Shown: positions 27,549-38,411, numbered from the whole stretch's first letter. The stretch is DNA of 62,718 nucleotides, filler included, from an uncultured bacterium (GCA_964637655.1; 26 parts of 26 records of this genome joined end to end with filler, not necessarily neighbours in it), one strand, 5' to 3'. Numbers and translations are program-made. The notes: generated by a model not told the origin, from the letters alone.

Positions 27549-28745
27549 TTAGCTGTTAGGCTTGCCCGGATGCGGAATCACTGGCGAAAGTGAGATAACC
27601 TTGCCTGCCCGATCGATCAGCGCCGCGCGCGACTCGAGTTTCACCCAGGCGCGCCCCTCGTGAAAATCGCCCGCCTCGGCGAACTGCGGCGCGATAACCA
27701 TCGTCCCCTGCGGGTCGATATAGCCCCAGCCGCTGCCCGGGCGGTCGGTCGGGCGCACCCGCGCCAGCCCGTCGCTGAAATCGCCCGCCTGCCCGAACTG
27801 CGCCTCGATGGCGAATTTCCCGTCAGGCCCGATATAGCCCCACTGGTTGCCGCGCTCGACCCGGGCGCGCCCGTCGGCAAAATCGCCGCTGCGGGCGAAC
27901 CAGTCGGTGAACGCCGGTTTCCCCTCGGTGGTGTAGTAGCGGTAGTTGTCCCCGTCGTAGGCGCGCCCGATACCGCCGCGGAACGGGAAGATCTCCTCGA
28001 ACTGCGGGTTGACGACAAACCGTCCCTGCGCGTTGACGTAGCCGTACTTGCCGCCGCCCCAGAACCCGTCACCGACCATCACCGCAGCAATGCCGTCGCG
28101 GAACTGACCCGCCCTGTCGAACTGCGGGTTGATACTCATTGCGCCCGTGCGGTCGATGTAGCCCCAGCTGCCGCCCTGATAGACCGCCGCCATACCGCCG
28201 CTGAAATCCTCCGCGTCGGAGAACTGCGGGTTGATGACGTAGGCGCCGGTGGTGTCGATGAACCCGTACTTCGACCCGAGCTGCACCCGCGCCAGCCCGT
28301 CAGCGAATGCCCAGGCGCGATCGAACTGCGGATTGATCGCCAGTTTTCCCTCGCGGTCGAGATACCCGTACTTGCCGCCACCGAAACCGAGTACCGCCTC
28401 CTGCGTCGTGCAGGCGGCATAGCCGCCGCTGAAATCGGACACCCAGTCATACTGCGCGGGGATGACCAGTTTCCCCTCCGTGTCGATGAAGCCCCAGCGC
28501 CCGTCCACCTTGACCGCGGCCAGCCCTTCGCTGAACTCGCGCCATTCCGTGGCAAAGAGTCCCGCCACCGCCGAAGCCGTGGCGTCGACCACCGTCGTCG
28601 CGGTGGTTGCCACCGCGCCGACCACGCCGGTCACCGCGCCGCCAACCGCATCCGCCGCGCGCCCCGCATCGCTGCGCGTCTCCGTCCCCGTCGTTGCACA
28701 GCCCGCCAGCACCACCATCAGCAGCACCGCCACCATCTGTCGCAT
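27549..28745 (-). CDS. WG-repeat (KWG) lipoprotein
   Basis: VLAGC lipobox; multiple F.DG.A.V..KWGYID..G..I.PQF repeats; AGGAGG RBS. Confidence 0.9.
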   Translation of the reverse strand: MRQMVAVLLMVVLAGCATTGTETRSDAGRAADAVGGAVTGVVGAVATTATTVVDATASAVAGLFATEWREFSEGLAAVKVDGRWGFIDTEGKLVIPAQYDWVSDFSGGYAACTTQEAVLGFGGGKYGYLDREGKLAINPQFDRAWAFADGLARVQLGSKYGFIDTTGAYVINPQFSDAEDFSGGMAAVYQGGSWGYIDRTGAMSINPQFDRAGQFRDGIAAVMVGDGFWGGGKYGYVNAQGRFVVNPQFEEIFPFRGGIGRAYDGDNYRYYTTEGKPAFTDWFARSGDFADGRARVERGNQWGYIGPDGKFAIEAQFGQAGDFSDGLARVRPTDRPGSGWGYIDPQGTMVIAPQFAEAGDFHEGRAWVKLESRAALIDRAGKVISLSPVIPHPGKPNS

Positions 28746-28786
28746 ACGCCCCTCCTGATCAGTAATGCTAAAAGTATAGCACAAAA

Positions 28787-29854
28787 TCAATGCCAGTTGT
28801 AAAGCAGCCACGGCAGCGTATGCAGCCAGGCCGCCGCGACCAGTCGCGCCCGCAGCGGCGCGGGTACTGCCGCGGTAAGACGCGCGGCCAGCAACGCCAG
28901 CGGCAACGCCGCGAACGCATACAGGTCCCAGTCCTGGTAGAGTATCTGCTTGTGATGAAAGACCAGGGTGAGCAGCACCGCCGGCACCGCCGCCGTCAGC
29001 AGCAGACAGATGCCGCCATCGCGGTACTGCCGGCGCAGCCGGCCACCGCCGGCCAGCAGTACCAGTGCCGGCACCGGCACCAGCAGCAGGTAGGCGTTGG
29101 CCAGTTCCAGCCAGTGCGACAGACGCCACAGGTCGGGATGCACTAAACTGCTGTCGCCGGCAAAGTGACCCCAGCCGATGACCGGCGGTGCGATACCCGC
29201 CAGCACCAGCGCCACCGTGCCGCCGACACCACCAGCGACAGCGCCGGTCAGCAGCAGGAATGCCCGTCGTATGCCGCCGGGGCGCGGCGGTGCCGCCAGC
29301 AGCGGCACCGCGACCAGCGCGAGGGCGAACACCGCCATCATCGCGTGACTGCCTGCCAGCGTGAGAAAGGCGAGCAGCAGCCAGCTGTAGCCGCGCCCGG
29401 TCCGGCGCGCGCGCTCCGCCAGCAGCAGGAAGACCAGCAGCAGCAGGTGCGGCAGGGTGTATTTCTCCACATGCCCGAAAAAGAGCAGCAGCGTGCCGCT
29501 CCCCAGCACCAGCGCCGCGGTATACGCGCCCTGCGCGTGACAGCAGGTGGCGACATAGCGCAGCAGCAGCCAGACAAACAGCCCGCCGTACAGCGCCGAC
29601 ATCAGCGCGAAGAATGCAGACGGCCCCATGCCGGCCATGACGCCGCGGTACAGGATGAAATGGAGCAGGTCCTGCAGCGGCTCGCGCCAGAAGGTAAACC
29701 CGAAATAGTGCGCGGCGGGGCCGGCAAGCCCGGAAGTAATCACCGCCGCATCACCCCAGTGCCGCTGTTCCGGCAGGAGCAGGAAGAGCGCCAGCGCCGT
29801 CACGGCGGTCAGCAGGCGGTTGCGTCCCGCGTGCGGTGCGTCAAACAGTGCGCG
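28787..29854 (-). CDS. Polytopic membrane protein, GT-C-like (5' truncated)
   Basis: WGD, EPL, FFGHVEKY, DWDL motifs among many TM segments. Confidence 0.6.
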   Translation of the reverse strand, partial: RALFDAPHAGRNRLLTAVTALALFLLLPEQRHWGDAAVITSGLAGPAAHYFGFTFWREPLQDLLHFILYRGVMAGMGPSAFFALMSALYGGLFVWLLLRYVATCCHAQGAYTAALVLGSGTLLLFFGHVEKYTLPHLLLLVFLLLAERARRTGRGYSWLLLAFLTLAGSHAMMAVFALALVAVPLLAAPPRPGGIRRAFLLLTGAVAGGVGGTVALVLAGIAPPVIGWGHFAGDSSLVHPDLWRLSHWLELANAYLLLVPVPALVLLAGGGRLRRQYRDGGICLLLTAAVPAVLLTLVFHHKQILYQDWDLYAFAALPLALLAARLTAAVPAPLRARLVAAAWLHTLPWLLYNWH

Positions 29855-29957
29855 CNNNNNNNNNNNNNNNNNNNNNNNNNNNNNNNNNNNNNNNNNNNNT
29901 TAATTAATTAANNNNNNNNNNNNNNNNNNNNNNNNNNNNNNNNNNNNNNNNNNNNTG

Positions 29958-31265
29958 CTGACCGGCGATGTGGCCGCACTGTTCGGCGAGCCGGTGATCG
30001 ACAGCCGGCAGGCGGCGGCCGGAACGCAGTTCTGGGCGCTGCCCGGCGCGCGTACCGACGGGCACGATTTTGTCTCGGCGGCATATGCAGCGGGATGCAA
30101 CGGGGCAGTGGTAAGCCGCGAGTGCGGGCCCGTGCCGGCGGACAGATGGCAACTGCGTGTGCCCGACGTGACGGCGGCGCTGCAGACCCTGGCCGCGGGC
30201 TGGGGCGCGGAGTTTACGCTGCCGGTCTGGGGCGTGACGGGCTCGAACGGCAAGACCGGCACGAAGGAGATGCTGGCCTGGCTGCTGCGGCAGCGGCGCC
30301 CGGTGCTGGCGACGGCGGGGAACCGCAACAACGACCTGGGCGTGCCGCTGACGCTGCTGCAGCTGACGGAGCACGCGCAGGCGGCGGTGCTCGAACTGGG
30401 GATGAATCACGCCGGGGAACTGGCGCAACTGGCTGCGTGGGCGCGCCCGACGGCGGCGCTTATCACCACCATCGGCGCGTCGCATCTGGAGTTTTTCGGC
30501 ACGCTGGAAAAGATCGCGCAGGCGAAGGCGGAACTGGCCGACGCGCTCCCCGACGGGGCGCCGCTGGTGGTCAATGCCGACAACCGGCTCTGCCGGGAGA
30601 TTGCGCACCAGCGGCCGCGCCTGCGGACGGTGACCTTCGGCAGCACCGCGGCGGCGGACTTCCGCGCGGACGACATCGCGCTCAATGCCGACGGGGCGTC
30701 ATTCACCCTCAACGGGCGGCGCTACCATATGCCGTTCACCGGGCGGCACCAGGTGCTGAACGCGGCGGCGGCACTGGCGGCCGTCGCGGTGCAGGACGGC
30801 GACCTGCCGCCGGCGGGCGACCTGTTCACCGGGCTGCAGCTGTCGGGGCGGATGGAATGGCAGGAGGCGCGCGGCGCGCGCTTCCTCGTCGACTGCTACA
30901 ACGCCAGTCCGCTGTCGACGCAGGCGCTGCTCGAGACGCTCCCCGCGCTGGCGGGGACGCGGCGGGTAGTGCTGGTCTTCGGCGAGATGCGCGAACTGGG
31001 CCCGACCGCGCCGGCGGAACACGCGCGTATCGGCGAACTCGCCGCCCCGGTGGCGGCAGTTATCGTTACCGTCGGCGAGCTGGCGCGGTCAGCGGCGGCG
31101 GCGGCGCGCGCGGCGGGGCATCCGCAGGTTATCGAGTGCGCCGACGCGGCGGCGGCGGGCAGGGCGCTGCGCGACCGCGTGCGCGCGGGCGACCTGGTGG
31201 CACTGAAAGCATCGCGCGGCGTGCGCCTCGAGCAGGCGCTGGCCGCGTTCCGGGAGAACGACTGA
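29958..31265 (+). CDS. murF: UDP-N-acetylmuramoyl-tripeptide--D-Ala-D-Ala ligase (5' truncated)
   Basis: DSR, DGHDF, GVTGSNGKT.TKE, NN.LGVPLTL, ELGMNHAGE, DCYNASP, KASRG. Confidence 0.95.
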   Translation: MTGDVAALFGEPVIDSRQAAAGTQFWALPGARTDGHDFVSAAYAAGCNGAVVSRECGPVPADRWQLRVPDVTAALQTLAAGWGAEFTLPVWGVTGSNGKTGTKEMLAWLLRQRRPVLATAGNRNNDLGVPLTLLQLTEHAQAAVLELGMNHAGELAQLAAWARPTAALITTIGASHLEFFGTLEKIAQAKAELADALPDGAPLVVNADNRLCREIAHQRPRLRTVTFGSTAAADFRADDIALNADGASFTLNGRRYHMPFTGRHQVLNAAAALAAVAVQDGDLPPAGDLFTGLQLSGRMEWQEARGARFLVDCYNASPLSTQALLETLPALAGTRRVVLVFGEMRELGPTAPAEHARIGELAAPVAAVIVTVGELARSAAAAARAAGHPQVIECADAAAAGRALRDRVRAGDLVALKASRGVRLEQALAAFREND

Positions 31266-31266
31266 C

Positions 31267-32278
31267 ATGCTGTACCAGCTGGCCGAATACTGTTATGCGC
31301 AGGGGCTCTTCCTCCCCTACAGCCGCGTGCTGCGCTATATTACCGTGCGGGCGGGGCTCGCGGTATTCACCGCGCTGCTGCTGTCGTTCGTGCTCGGCCC
31401 GCTGGTGCTGAACATCCTGCGGCGCTACAAGATCGGGCAGAATATCCGCCGCGAGCATGTGCAGAATCTCTACGACCTGCACAAGGGGAAGCAGGGCACC
31501 CCGACGATGGGGGGCATCCTCATCCTCTCCGTGCTGCTGCTCACCACCCTGCTCTGGGCCGACCTGGCGACACACCAGATCGCGGTGGTGCTGCTGGCGA
31601 CCGTGGTGCTCGGCGGCATCGGTTTCTACGACGACTATCTCAAACTGGTGAAGAAGAACAGCAAGGGGCTCAAGCCGCGCTACAAGCTGCTCGGGCAGGT
31701 CGGCCTGGGCCTCGCGGTCGGCTGTTTCATGTATTTCCTGCCGCCGGCCGGAGCGCAGCTGTGGGGGCCGGGCGTGCCGCCGGTCATCGACAGCGTTGCC
31801 CCCTACCTGACGCACGACTTCCACGATGTGCTGACGGTGCCTTTCTTCAAGAACGTCATCATCGCGCTCTCCGTGCTCTACCTGCTCTGGGCGATCATCG
31901 TGGTGGTCGGCTCATCCAACGCGGTCAACCTGACCGACGGGCTGGACGGTCTGGCTATCGGGCAGATCACGCTCTGCGCGTTGGTCTACACCATCTTCGC
32001 CTACGCGGTCGGCAACTGGCGCATCGCGCAGTACCTCAACGTGCTCTATGTCGAGGGGTCGGGCGAACTGGCGGTTTTCTGTGCCGCGCTGCTCGGGGCC
32101 GGGCTCGGGTTCCTCTGGTTCAACTGCAACCCGGCGCAGATGTTCATGGGCGATACGGGCTCGCTGTCGCTGGGGGGGATTCTCGGCGTCGTGGCGCTGC
32201 TCATCAAGATGGAATTCGTGCTGGTCATCGCCGGCGGCGTCTTCGTGCTGGAGACGCTCTCGGTGATCCTGCAGGTCT
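31267..32278 (+). CDS. mraY: Phospho-N-acetylmuramoyl-pentapeptide transferase (3' truncated)
   Basis: K.GTPTMGG, DDYLK, NAVNLTDGLDGLA, FMGDTGSL, ETLSVILQV. Confidence 0.97.
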
Positions 32279-32379
32279 NNNNNNNNNNNNNNNNNNNNNN
32301 NNNNNNNNNNNNNNNNNNNNNNTTAATTAATTAANNNNNNNNNNNNNNNNNNNNNNNNNNNNNNNNNNNNNNNNNNNNG

Positions 32380-32553
32380 TCAGCGTATTACCGCGAGATA
32401 CTCGCGCTCTATCGCACGGTGACGCTGCGCCCGGCGGTTTACTGGCGCCTGCTGCGGCGGCACGGCCTGCGTGCCAACCTGCGACTGCTGGGCGGGGTGC
32501 GGCGTATCGCCCGCCAGTATGAACGACTTGCCCGCGAGGCAGAGAGCCGATGA
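32380..32553 (+). CDS. C-terminal fragment, probably of a B12-binding radical SAM protein
   Basis: SAYYREILALYRTV..RQYERLAREAESR* translated by hand; ATGA overlap with the next gene. Confidence 0.5.
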   Translation, partial: SAYYREILALYRTVTLRPAVYWRLLRRHGLRANLRLLGGVRRIARQYERLAREAESR

Positions 32554-33866
32554 AAAAGCTTCTGCTCATCCAGCCGTCGCCGCATGACGCGCAGGGGCGG
32601 CCGGTGAAAAAGCGGAAACTCCATTTCGTCGGGCTGGCGCTGCCGCTGCTGGCGGCGCTGACCCCGCCCGACTGGCAGGTGGAGATCTGCCTCGAAACGA
32701 TCGAGGAGGTGCCGCTCGATACGGATGCCGACCTCGTCGGCATCGGCAGCATGGGCCACGGCATCATGCGCAGTTTCGAACTGGCCCGTGCCTTCCGCGA
32801 CCGGGGGAAGAAAGTCATACTCGGCGGCTACATGGCGAGTTTGGTGCCGGAGGAGGCGGCGCGGCACGCGGACGCGGTTATCGTCGGCGACGCCGAAGCG
32901 GTCTGGACGGAAATGCTGGCCGATGCCCGCGCCGGCCGGCTGCGCCCGGTCTATCAGCGCGAACTTACGGAACTCTCCACCCCGCTGCCGCGTTTCGACC
33001 TCATCCTCGGCAAGCGTATCGGCGACTTTTTGCCGGTGCAGGCGGGGCGCGGCTGCCCGCACGCCTGTTCCTTCTGTTCCGTGCACTGCCTGTACCGCGG
33101 CCGCTACCTGCGCCGCAATCTCGACGAGGTGGTGCGCGACATCAGGCAGGTCAAAGAACTCGGGTTCCGCAACTTCCTGCTGCTCGACGACAATATCGGT
33201 GCTGACCCTGACTACCTGCGTGCGCTTTGCCGCGCCATCGCCCCGCTCGGCCTGCAGTGGCTGTCGCAATGCGCCATCACCATCGGGCGGCAGCCCGAAC
33301 TGCTGCGGGAACTTGCCGCGGCGGGTTGCACGGCGCTCAGTTTCGGACTGGAGAGCATTGCCCCCGACTCGCTGGCGGCCATGCACAAGCAGTGGTCGGA
33401 CCCGGCAGAGTACCCTACGCTGATTGCCGCGGTGCAGGGTGCCGGGATCGACGTTTCCAGCGAGATGGTGGTCGGTGGCGAAGGTGATACGCTGGCGTCC
33501 ATTGTCGCGACCGCAGAATTCATCGAGGCGAATGGCATCGTGCTGCCGCGTTTCTATATTCTTACGCCTATTCCGGGTACTGACTTTTTCCGCGAGATGC
33601 AGGCGGCCGGCCGGCTGTGCCATGAGGAGTACGCCCGGTACAATGGCAGCGAGGCGGTGCATGTGCCACGCCATATGAGCGCGGCGGAACTGTCTGCCGC
33701 CTACTGGCGGCTGTATGAACGGGTTTTCACCCTGCGCCGCATCGTTGGGCGGACGCTGGGCACCTGTCGCCTGCTGCGTCATCCCGGCCGCGCCCTGTTC
33801 TACCTGGGCGCCAACCTCTATTATCGTCGGCAGATCCGGCAACGGATTACGCCGAACATTCTGTAG
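32550..33866 (+). CDS. B12-binding radical SAM protein
   Basis: LAALTP, DLVGIGS, VILGG, VIVGDAE, GRGCPHACSFC, DDN, GLES, LTPIPGT. Confidence 0.92.
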   Translation: MKKLLLIQPSPHDAQGRPVKKRKLHFVGLALPLLAALTPPDWQVEICLETIEEVPLDTDADLVGIGSMGHGIMRSFELARAFRDRGKKVILGGYMASLVPEEAARHADAVIVGDAEAVWTEMLADARAGRLRPVYQRELTELSTPLPRFDLILGKRIGDFLPVQAGRGCPHACSFCSVHCLYRGRYLRRNLDEVVRDIRQVKELGFRNFLLLDDNIGADPDYLRALCRAIAPLGLQWLSQCAITIGRQPELLRELAAAGCTALSFGLESIAPDSLAAMHKQWSDPAEYPTLIAAVQGAGIDVSSEMVVGGEGDTLASIVATAEFIEANGIVLPRFYILTPIPGTDFFREMQAAGRLCHEEYARYNGSEAVHVPRHMSAAELSAAYWRLYERVFTLRRIVGRTLGTCRLLRHPGRALFYLGANLYYRRQIRQRITPNIL

Positions 33867-33874
33867 GAGGCACC

Positions 33875-34698
33875 ATGCGCGTACTGCTCGTTCGTCCCCC
33901 GCGCCTGCGGCAGGCGGTCACACTCGGGGAATTCATGTTCTGCGAGCCGATCGGCCTGGAATGCGTGGCCGGCGTGCTCAAGGCGGAGCATGAGGTACGC
34001 ATCCTCGACCTGATGGCGGAGGATGCGGATATCGCCGAAGTGTGCCGCACGTGGCGGCCGGCGGTGGTCGGGCTGACCTCGCTCTGCATCGATGTGCCGG
34101 GGGTGCTGCTGCTGGCGCGTCAGGTCAAGGCGCATGACCCGTCAATTATCACGGTTGCCGGCGGCACGCAGGCGTATTTTGCGCCGGAATCGTTTCATGA
34201 CGATGCCATCGACCATCTGTTTGTCTATACCACGCGCGCCAATCTTACGTCGGTATTCGCGCACCTCGCAGTGGGCACGACAGTGCCGCTGACCGACGGG
34301 GTGCACAGCCGGGCGCACGGGTTTGCCGGCACCGGAGTCGCCGGACGCAACGAATACCTCGTGCCCGACCGTTCATACACAGCAGCATACCGCGGGCAGT
34401 ACAGTTATTTCGGCTACCGGCCCTGCGCCATCATGCAGACCTCGCAGGGCTGCTCGCGGCATTGCGCGTTCTGTCTGCGCTGGCGTCTGGAGGGCCCAAC
34501 CGAAGTGGCGCAGCCAGTGGACGAAGTGCTGCAGCAGGTGCGTACCATCGTCGAGCCCAGTGTCATGATCTTCGACAATGACCTGTTCTGCGACGGGGCG
34601 CGACTGGCGGAACTTTGCGCCGGACTCGAACGCGAAGGGATACGCAAAAACTTCATCTGCTACGGCAGCGTGCGCGGTCTGCTGGCCAACCGCGCGGC
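33875..34698 (+). CDS. B12-binding radical SAM protein (3' truncated)
   Basis: EPIGLECVA, P.VVGLTS, VAGGTQA, SQGCSRHCAFC; AGGAGG RBS. Confidence 0.9.
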
Positions 34699-34800
34699 NN
34701 NNNNNNNNNNNNNNNNNNNNNNNNNNNNNNNNNNNNNNNNNNTTAATTAATTAANNNNNNNNNNNNNNNNNNNNNNNNNNNNNNNNNNNNNNNNNNNNAG

Positions 34801-35067
34801 ACCGCACTGGTGGTGGTGCCCTTCACCGCGGCCCGCCAGCCCGCTTCGGTGCAGGGCGCCTTGCGGCTGGCACGGCAGGTCATCGAACTCAATCTGCCCG
34901 ACGGCAAACCCGCCTACATCCGCCGCAACTACTGCATGGTGGCCCATGCGGCGGTGGTGGTGGGGTTCTGGTCGGGAAAACCCGGCGGGACCTCGGCCAC
35001 GCTGCGCTACGCGGAGAAACAGGGAAAAGAGACGCATCGGCACCTGCTGCCGGGCGGCACCCGTTAG
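34801..35067 (+). CDS. SLOG superfamily (YpsA/DprA-like) protein, C-terminal part
   Basis: RN..MV....VVVGFWSGKPGGT..T..YA...GK. Confidence 0.65.
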   Translation, partial: TALVVVPFTAARQPASVQGALRLARQVIELNLPDGKPAYIRRNYCMVAHAAVVVGFWSGKPGGTSATLRYAEKQGKETHRHLLPGGTR

Positions 35068-35076
35068 GAGACGAAC

Positions 35077-36165
35077 ATGGATACGGCAGTACTGAAAAAA
35101 TTCGCGGAGGTCCTGCTTGATTACTCGCTGCAGGTGAAAGCAAAAGAGTATATCGTCGTCAATGCGACGACGCTGGCACAGCCGCTGGTCGAGCAGGTCT
35201 ATACCGGCCTGCTGCAGCGCGGCGCTTTTCCCGTGCTCCGCCTCGCGCTGCCGCAGCAGGACGAACTGTTTTACGCCCATGCGCAGCCGCAGCATTTCAC
35301 CACGCTGAGCCCGCTGGCGAAATTCGAGGCGAAGCGCGTCGACGGGTGGCTGACCATCCAGGCAAGCGCCAACACGAAGGCGCTGGCGGGAACCGACCCG
35401 CGTTGGCACGCGCAACTGCTGCGCACGAGCAGGCCCGTGCGCACCGCTATTCTCAACCGGGAGCGCTGGACGCTGACACTTTTCCCGACGGCGGCCTACG
35501 CGCAGGATGCAGGGATGGGACTGCGGGAGTTCGAGCGGTTCGTGATTCGGGCGCTCTTCCTCGACCGGCCCGACCCGGTGGCGGCCTGGCTGGCGCTCAA
35601 GGCGCGGCAGGAAAAACTGGTGCGGCGGCTGCGCGGGGCAAAGCGGGTGCATATCACCGGACCGGGCACCGACCTGCAGCTGCGTGTGGACGGGCGGACG
35701 TTCATCAATTCCTGCGGCTACCGCAACATGCCCAGCGGCGAGGTCTTCACGTCACCGGTGGAAAACAGCGCCGAGGGAGTGATCACCTTTACGCTTCCTG
35801 CCTGCCATGGCGGGCGGGAAGTCGAGGGGGCGCGGCTGGTCTTTTGCCGGGGAGTGGTGACGGAAGCAACGGCCGCGCACGGGGAGGACTACCTGCGCGC
35901 CCTGCTGCGTACGGACAAGGGGGCGTCGCGCCTCGGGGAGTTTGCCTTCGGGCTCAATGACGGCATCGACCGTCCGTGCAAAAACATCCTGTTCGACGAG
36001 AAAATCGGCGGCACGGTACATCTCGCGCTGGGGGACAGTTTCCGCGAGGCGGGGGGGAAGAACCGCTCGGCACTGCACTGGGATCTTATCTGTGACCTGC
36101 GGCAGCAGGGGCAGGTGACAGTCGACGGGAACACCGTGTTGCGTCGCGGCCGGCTGGCCGGTTGA
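35077..36165 (+). CDS. Aminopeptidase, M29 (AmpS/AmpT) family
   Basis: GTDL.L, NMPSGEVFTSP, LGEFAFG.N, LFDEKIGGTVHLALG, NRSALHWDL. Confidence 0.93.
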   Translation: MDTAVLKKFAEVLLDYSLQVKAKEYIVVNATTLAQPLVEQVYTGLLQRGAFPVLRLALPQQDELFYAHAQPQHFTTLSPLAKFEAKRVDGWLTIQASANTKALAGTDPRWHAQLLRTSRPVRTAILNRERWTLTLFPTAAYAQDAGMGLREFERFVIRALFLDRPDPVAAWLALKARQEKLVRRLRGAKRVHITGPGTDLQLRVDGRTFINSCGYRNMPSGEVFTSPVENSAEGVITFTLPACHGGREVEGARLVFCRGVVTEATAAHGEDYLRALLRTDKGASRLGEFAFGLNDGIDRPCKNILFDEKIGGTVHLALGDSFREAGGKNRSALHWDLICDLRQQGQVTVDGNTVLRRGRLAG

Positions 36166-36192
36166 CGGCAACGGGTGACGCAGGCCTGGACG

Positions 36193-37098
36193 ATGCCGGT
36201 GCTGACGACCGGACGCCTGACCGTCGCAGCGCTGTTGCTGCTGTGCCTGACGCTTTTCTGCACCACCATGCTGCCGGTCGCGGCAACCCCGCGGGTACTC
36301 GAGGCGGATGCCGTCGGCTACCATGCCTACCTTCCGGCGTTGCTCATCGACCGCGACCTGTCGCTGCGCAGCGTCATCGCCACGCTCGAACGCTACCGGT
36401 ATCCCGCGCTGCCGCCCGTCCAGCCCTACCGCTGGAGCGGCCTGCTGCAGCTGCCGGCGTCGGGAGGATATATCGATCAGTATCCGTCCGGCGTGGCGCT
36501 GCTCGCCCTGCCGTGTTTCCTCGTCGCGCACCTGCTGGCACTGGCGGGGGGCTGGCCGGCGGACGGGTTTTCCGTGCCGTACCAGTGGGGGGCGGGTCTG
36601 AGCGGGATAATCTGGCTGGGCATCGGCCTGTTCGCGACGAACCGCCTGCTGGTGCAGGCCGGAGCGGGAGGCCAGGCGTCGCTCACGCTGACGGTTATGC
36701 TGCTGGGTACCAACCTGCTCTACTACGGTGTGTACGCGGGCGGCTTCAGCCATGTCTACTCGTTCGCGCTCATCGCGCTGCTGCTGGCGTCGCTCCCGTC
36801 GTGGTACCGCCGGCCGACCACGGTGTGTGCACTGCGTCTCGCCCTGCTGCTGATGCTCATCGGGCTGGTGCGGCAGAGCAATCTGCTGGTGGGACTGGTG
36901 CTGCCGGCGTATGTTATCGCCGGCGGGGCGCGCCGCTGGCACCGCCGCGCGCGCGCCTACGCGGCGGGGTTGCTGCTGTGTGCCGTGCTGCCGCTGCTCG
37001 GGCAGGTGCCGCAGCTCCTGTTGTGGCGCCTGCAGGCAGGGGAGTGGCTGCTCACACCCTATGCGCTGCATCCTGACGTGCCGGCGCACCTGTTCACG
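36193..37098 (+). CDS. Polytopic membrane protein, GT-C-like glycosyltransferase (3' truncated)
   Basis: D..GY.AYLPA..I..DL, YP.GVALL..P.FL.AH, GTNL.YY, SH.YSF, LVR..N; start could be 36175. Confidence 0.7.
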
Positions 37099-37200
37099 NN
37101 NNNNNNNNNNNNNNNNNNNNNNNNNNNNNNNNNNNNNNNNNNTTAATTAATTAANNNNNNNNNNNNNNNNNNNNNNNNNNNNNNNNNNNNNNNNNNNNCG

Positions 37201-37410
37201 AGCGCAGCCGAAGAATTGAGCGGGCAGGCGGTGGAAGTCAACGCGCTGGCCGGCTCGTTTGTCATCAGCGGGCAGAAGACGGTGGCGAAAAAGGCGGCTA
37301 AGCCGGCGGCGAGACCCGCGGCAGCGGCGCCGAAGGCAGCGAAACCGGCGACGTCAGCGGGGGCGCAGGCCATCCCCTTCGACGACGAAAAGACGCTGAA
37401 GGACTTCTAG
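37201..37410 (+). CDS. Methyl-accepting chemotaxis protein, C-terminal fragment
   Basis: SAAEELSGQA..L...F, Ala/Lys linker, IPFDDE..KDF tail; upstream of cheR. Confidence 0.8.
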   Translation, partial: SAAEELSGQAVEVNALAGSFVISGQKTVAKKAAKPAARPAAAAPKAAKPATSAGAQAIPFDDEKTLKDF

Positions 37411-37434
37411 AAAAATGGGGACAGTCCCCATTTT
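37411..37434. repeat. REP-like palindrome
   Basis: AAAATGGGG-ACAGT-CCCCATTTT immediately after the MCP stop. Confidence 0.7.
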
Positions 37435-37574
37435 CCGTGATAGGAAAACGGCGGGAAATGACGGATTATGTCGCGGCAGTGGGAAAACGCGACAGATACA
37501 CAGGTGGTTGTGGTAAGGCAAAAAACGGGTTGCATAACGGCAGCATACTGACGCGGGAGGCGCAGCAGGGGACA

Positions 37575-38411
37575 ATGGCGGAGAACGGCGGCGGGTTTAC
37601 CGGGGCGGCGCTCAAGACGCACCAGTTCACCCATATCGCGCAACGGCTCTATGAACTGTGCGGGATCAACCTCAAGGACGGCAAGGAGGAACTGGTCAAG
37701 GCACGCCTGCAGAAACGGCTGCGTGTGCTTGGCATGTCCGGATTTGACGAGTATATCGCCATGCTCGACACGCCGGCGGGCGCGGGCGAGGTCGTCACCA
37801 TGGTCGACCTGCTCACCACCAACACGACCAGTTTCTACCGCGAACCGGAACACTTCACGTTCCTGGCGCAGCAGGTGCTCAAACCGCTGGCGGGTGTGCG
37901 CAAGCTGCGCCTCTGGAGCGCGGGGTGTTCCACGGGGGCGGAGCCTTACACCCTGGCCATCCATCTGCACGAATCGCTCCCCGATCTCGGGCAGTGGGAT
38001 GTGCGCATCCTCGCCACGGACATCTCCACGCGCGTGCTGGACAAGGCGAAGGCGGGCGTCTACTCGCCGGAGGAGGTGGCGGATGTCGCGCCGCCGCTGC
38101 GGACGAAGTATTTCACGCGCACGGAGGACGATGACTTTGCGGTCGGGCAGGAGGCGCGGCGGCTCATCAGTTTCGCGCGGCTCAACCTGATGGAGGAGTG
38201 GCCGATGCGCGGCCCCTTCGACGCCATCTTCTGCCGCAACGTGATGATCTACTTCGACAAGCCGACCCAGGAGAAGCTGGTCGAGCGCTACCGCCGCCTG
38301 CTCACGCCGCAGGGATACCTGTTTGTCGGGCACTCCGAGTCGCTGACCGGCATCACGCACGGCTATCGCTACGCGGCGCCGGCGGTCTACCGCAACGCAG
38401 GTGGCGCATGA
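37575..38411 (+). CDS. cheR: Chemotaxis methyltransferase CheR
   Basis: LTTN.TSFYRE..HF, WSAGCSTG.EPY, ATDIS, IFCRNVMIYFD, GHSES. Confidence 0.96.
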   Translation: MAENGGGFTGAALKTHQFTHIAQRLYELCGINLKDGKEELVKARLQKRLRVLGMSGFDEYIAMLDTPAGAGEVVTMVDLLTTNTTSFYREPEHFTFLAQQVLKPLAGVRKLRLWSAGCSTGAEPYTLAIHLHESLPDLGQWDVRILATDISTRVLDKAKAGVYSPEEVADVAPPLRTKYFTRTEDDDFAVGQEARRLISFARLNLMEEWPMRGPFDAIFCRNVMIYFDKPTQEKLVERYRRLLTPQGYLFVGHSESLTGITHGYRYAAPAVYRNAGGA

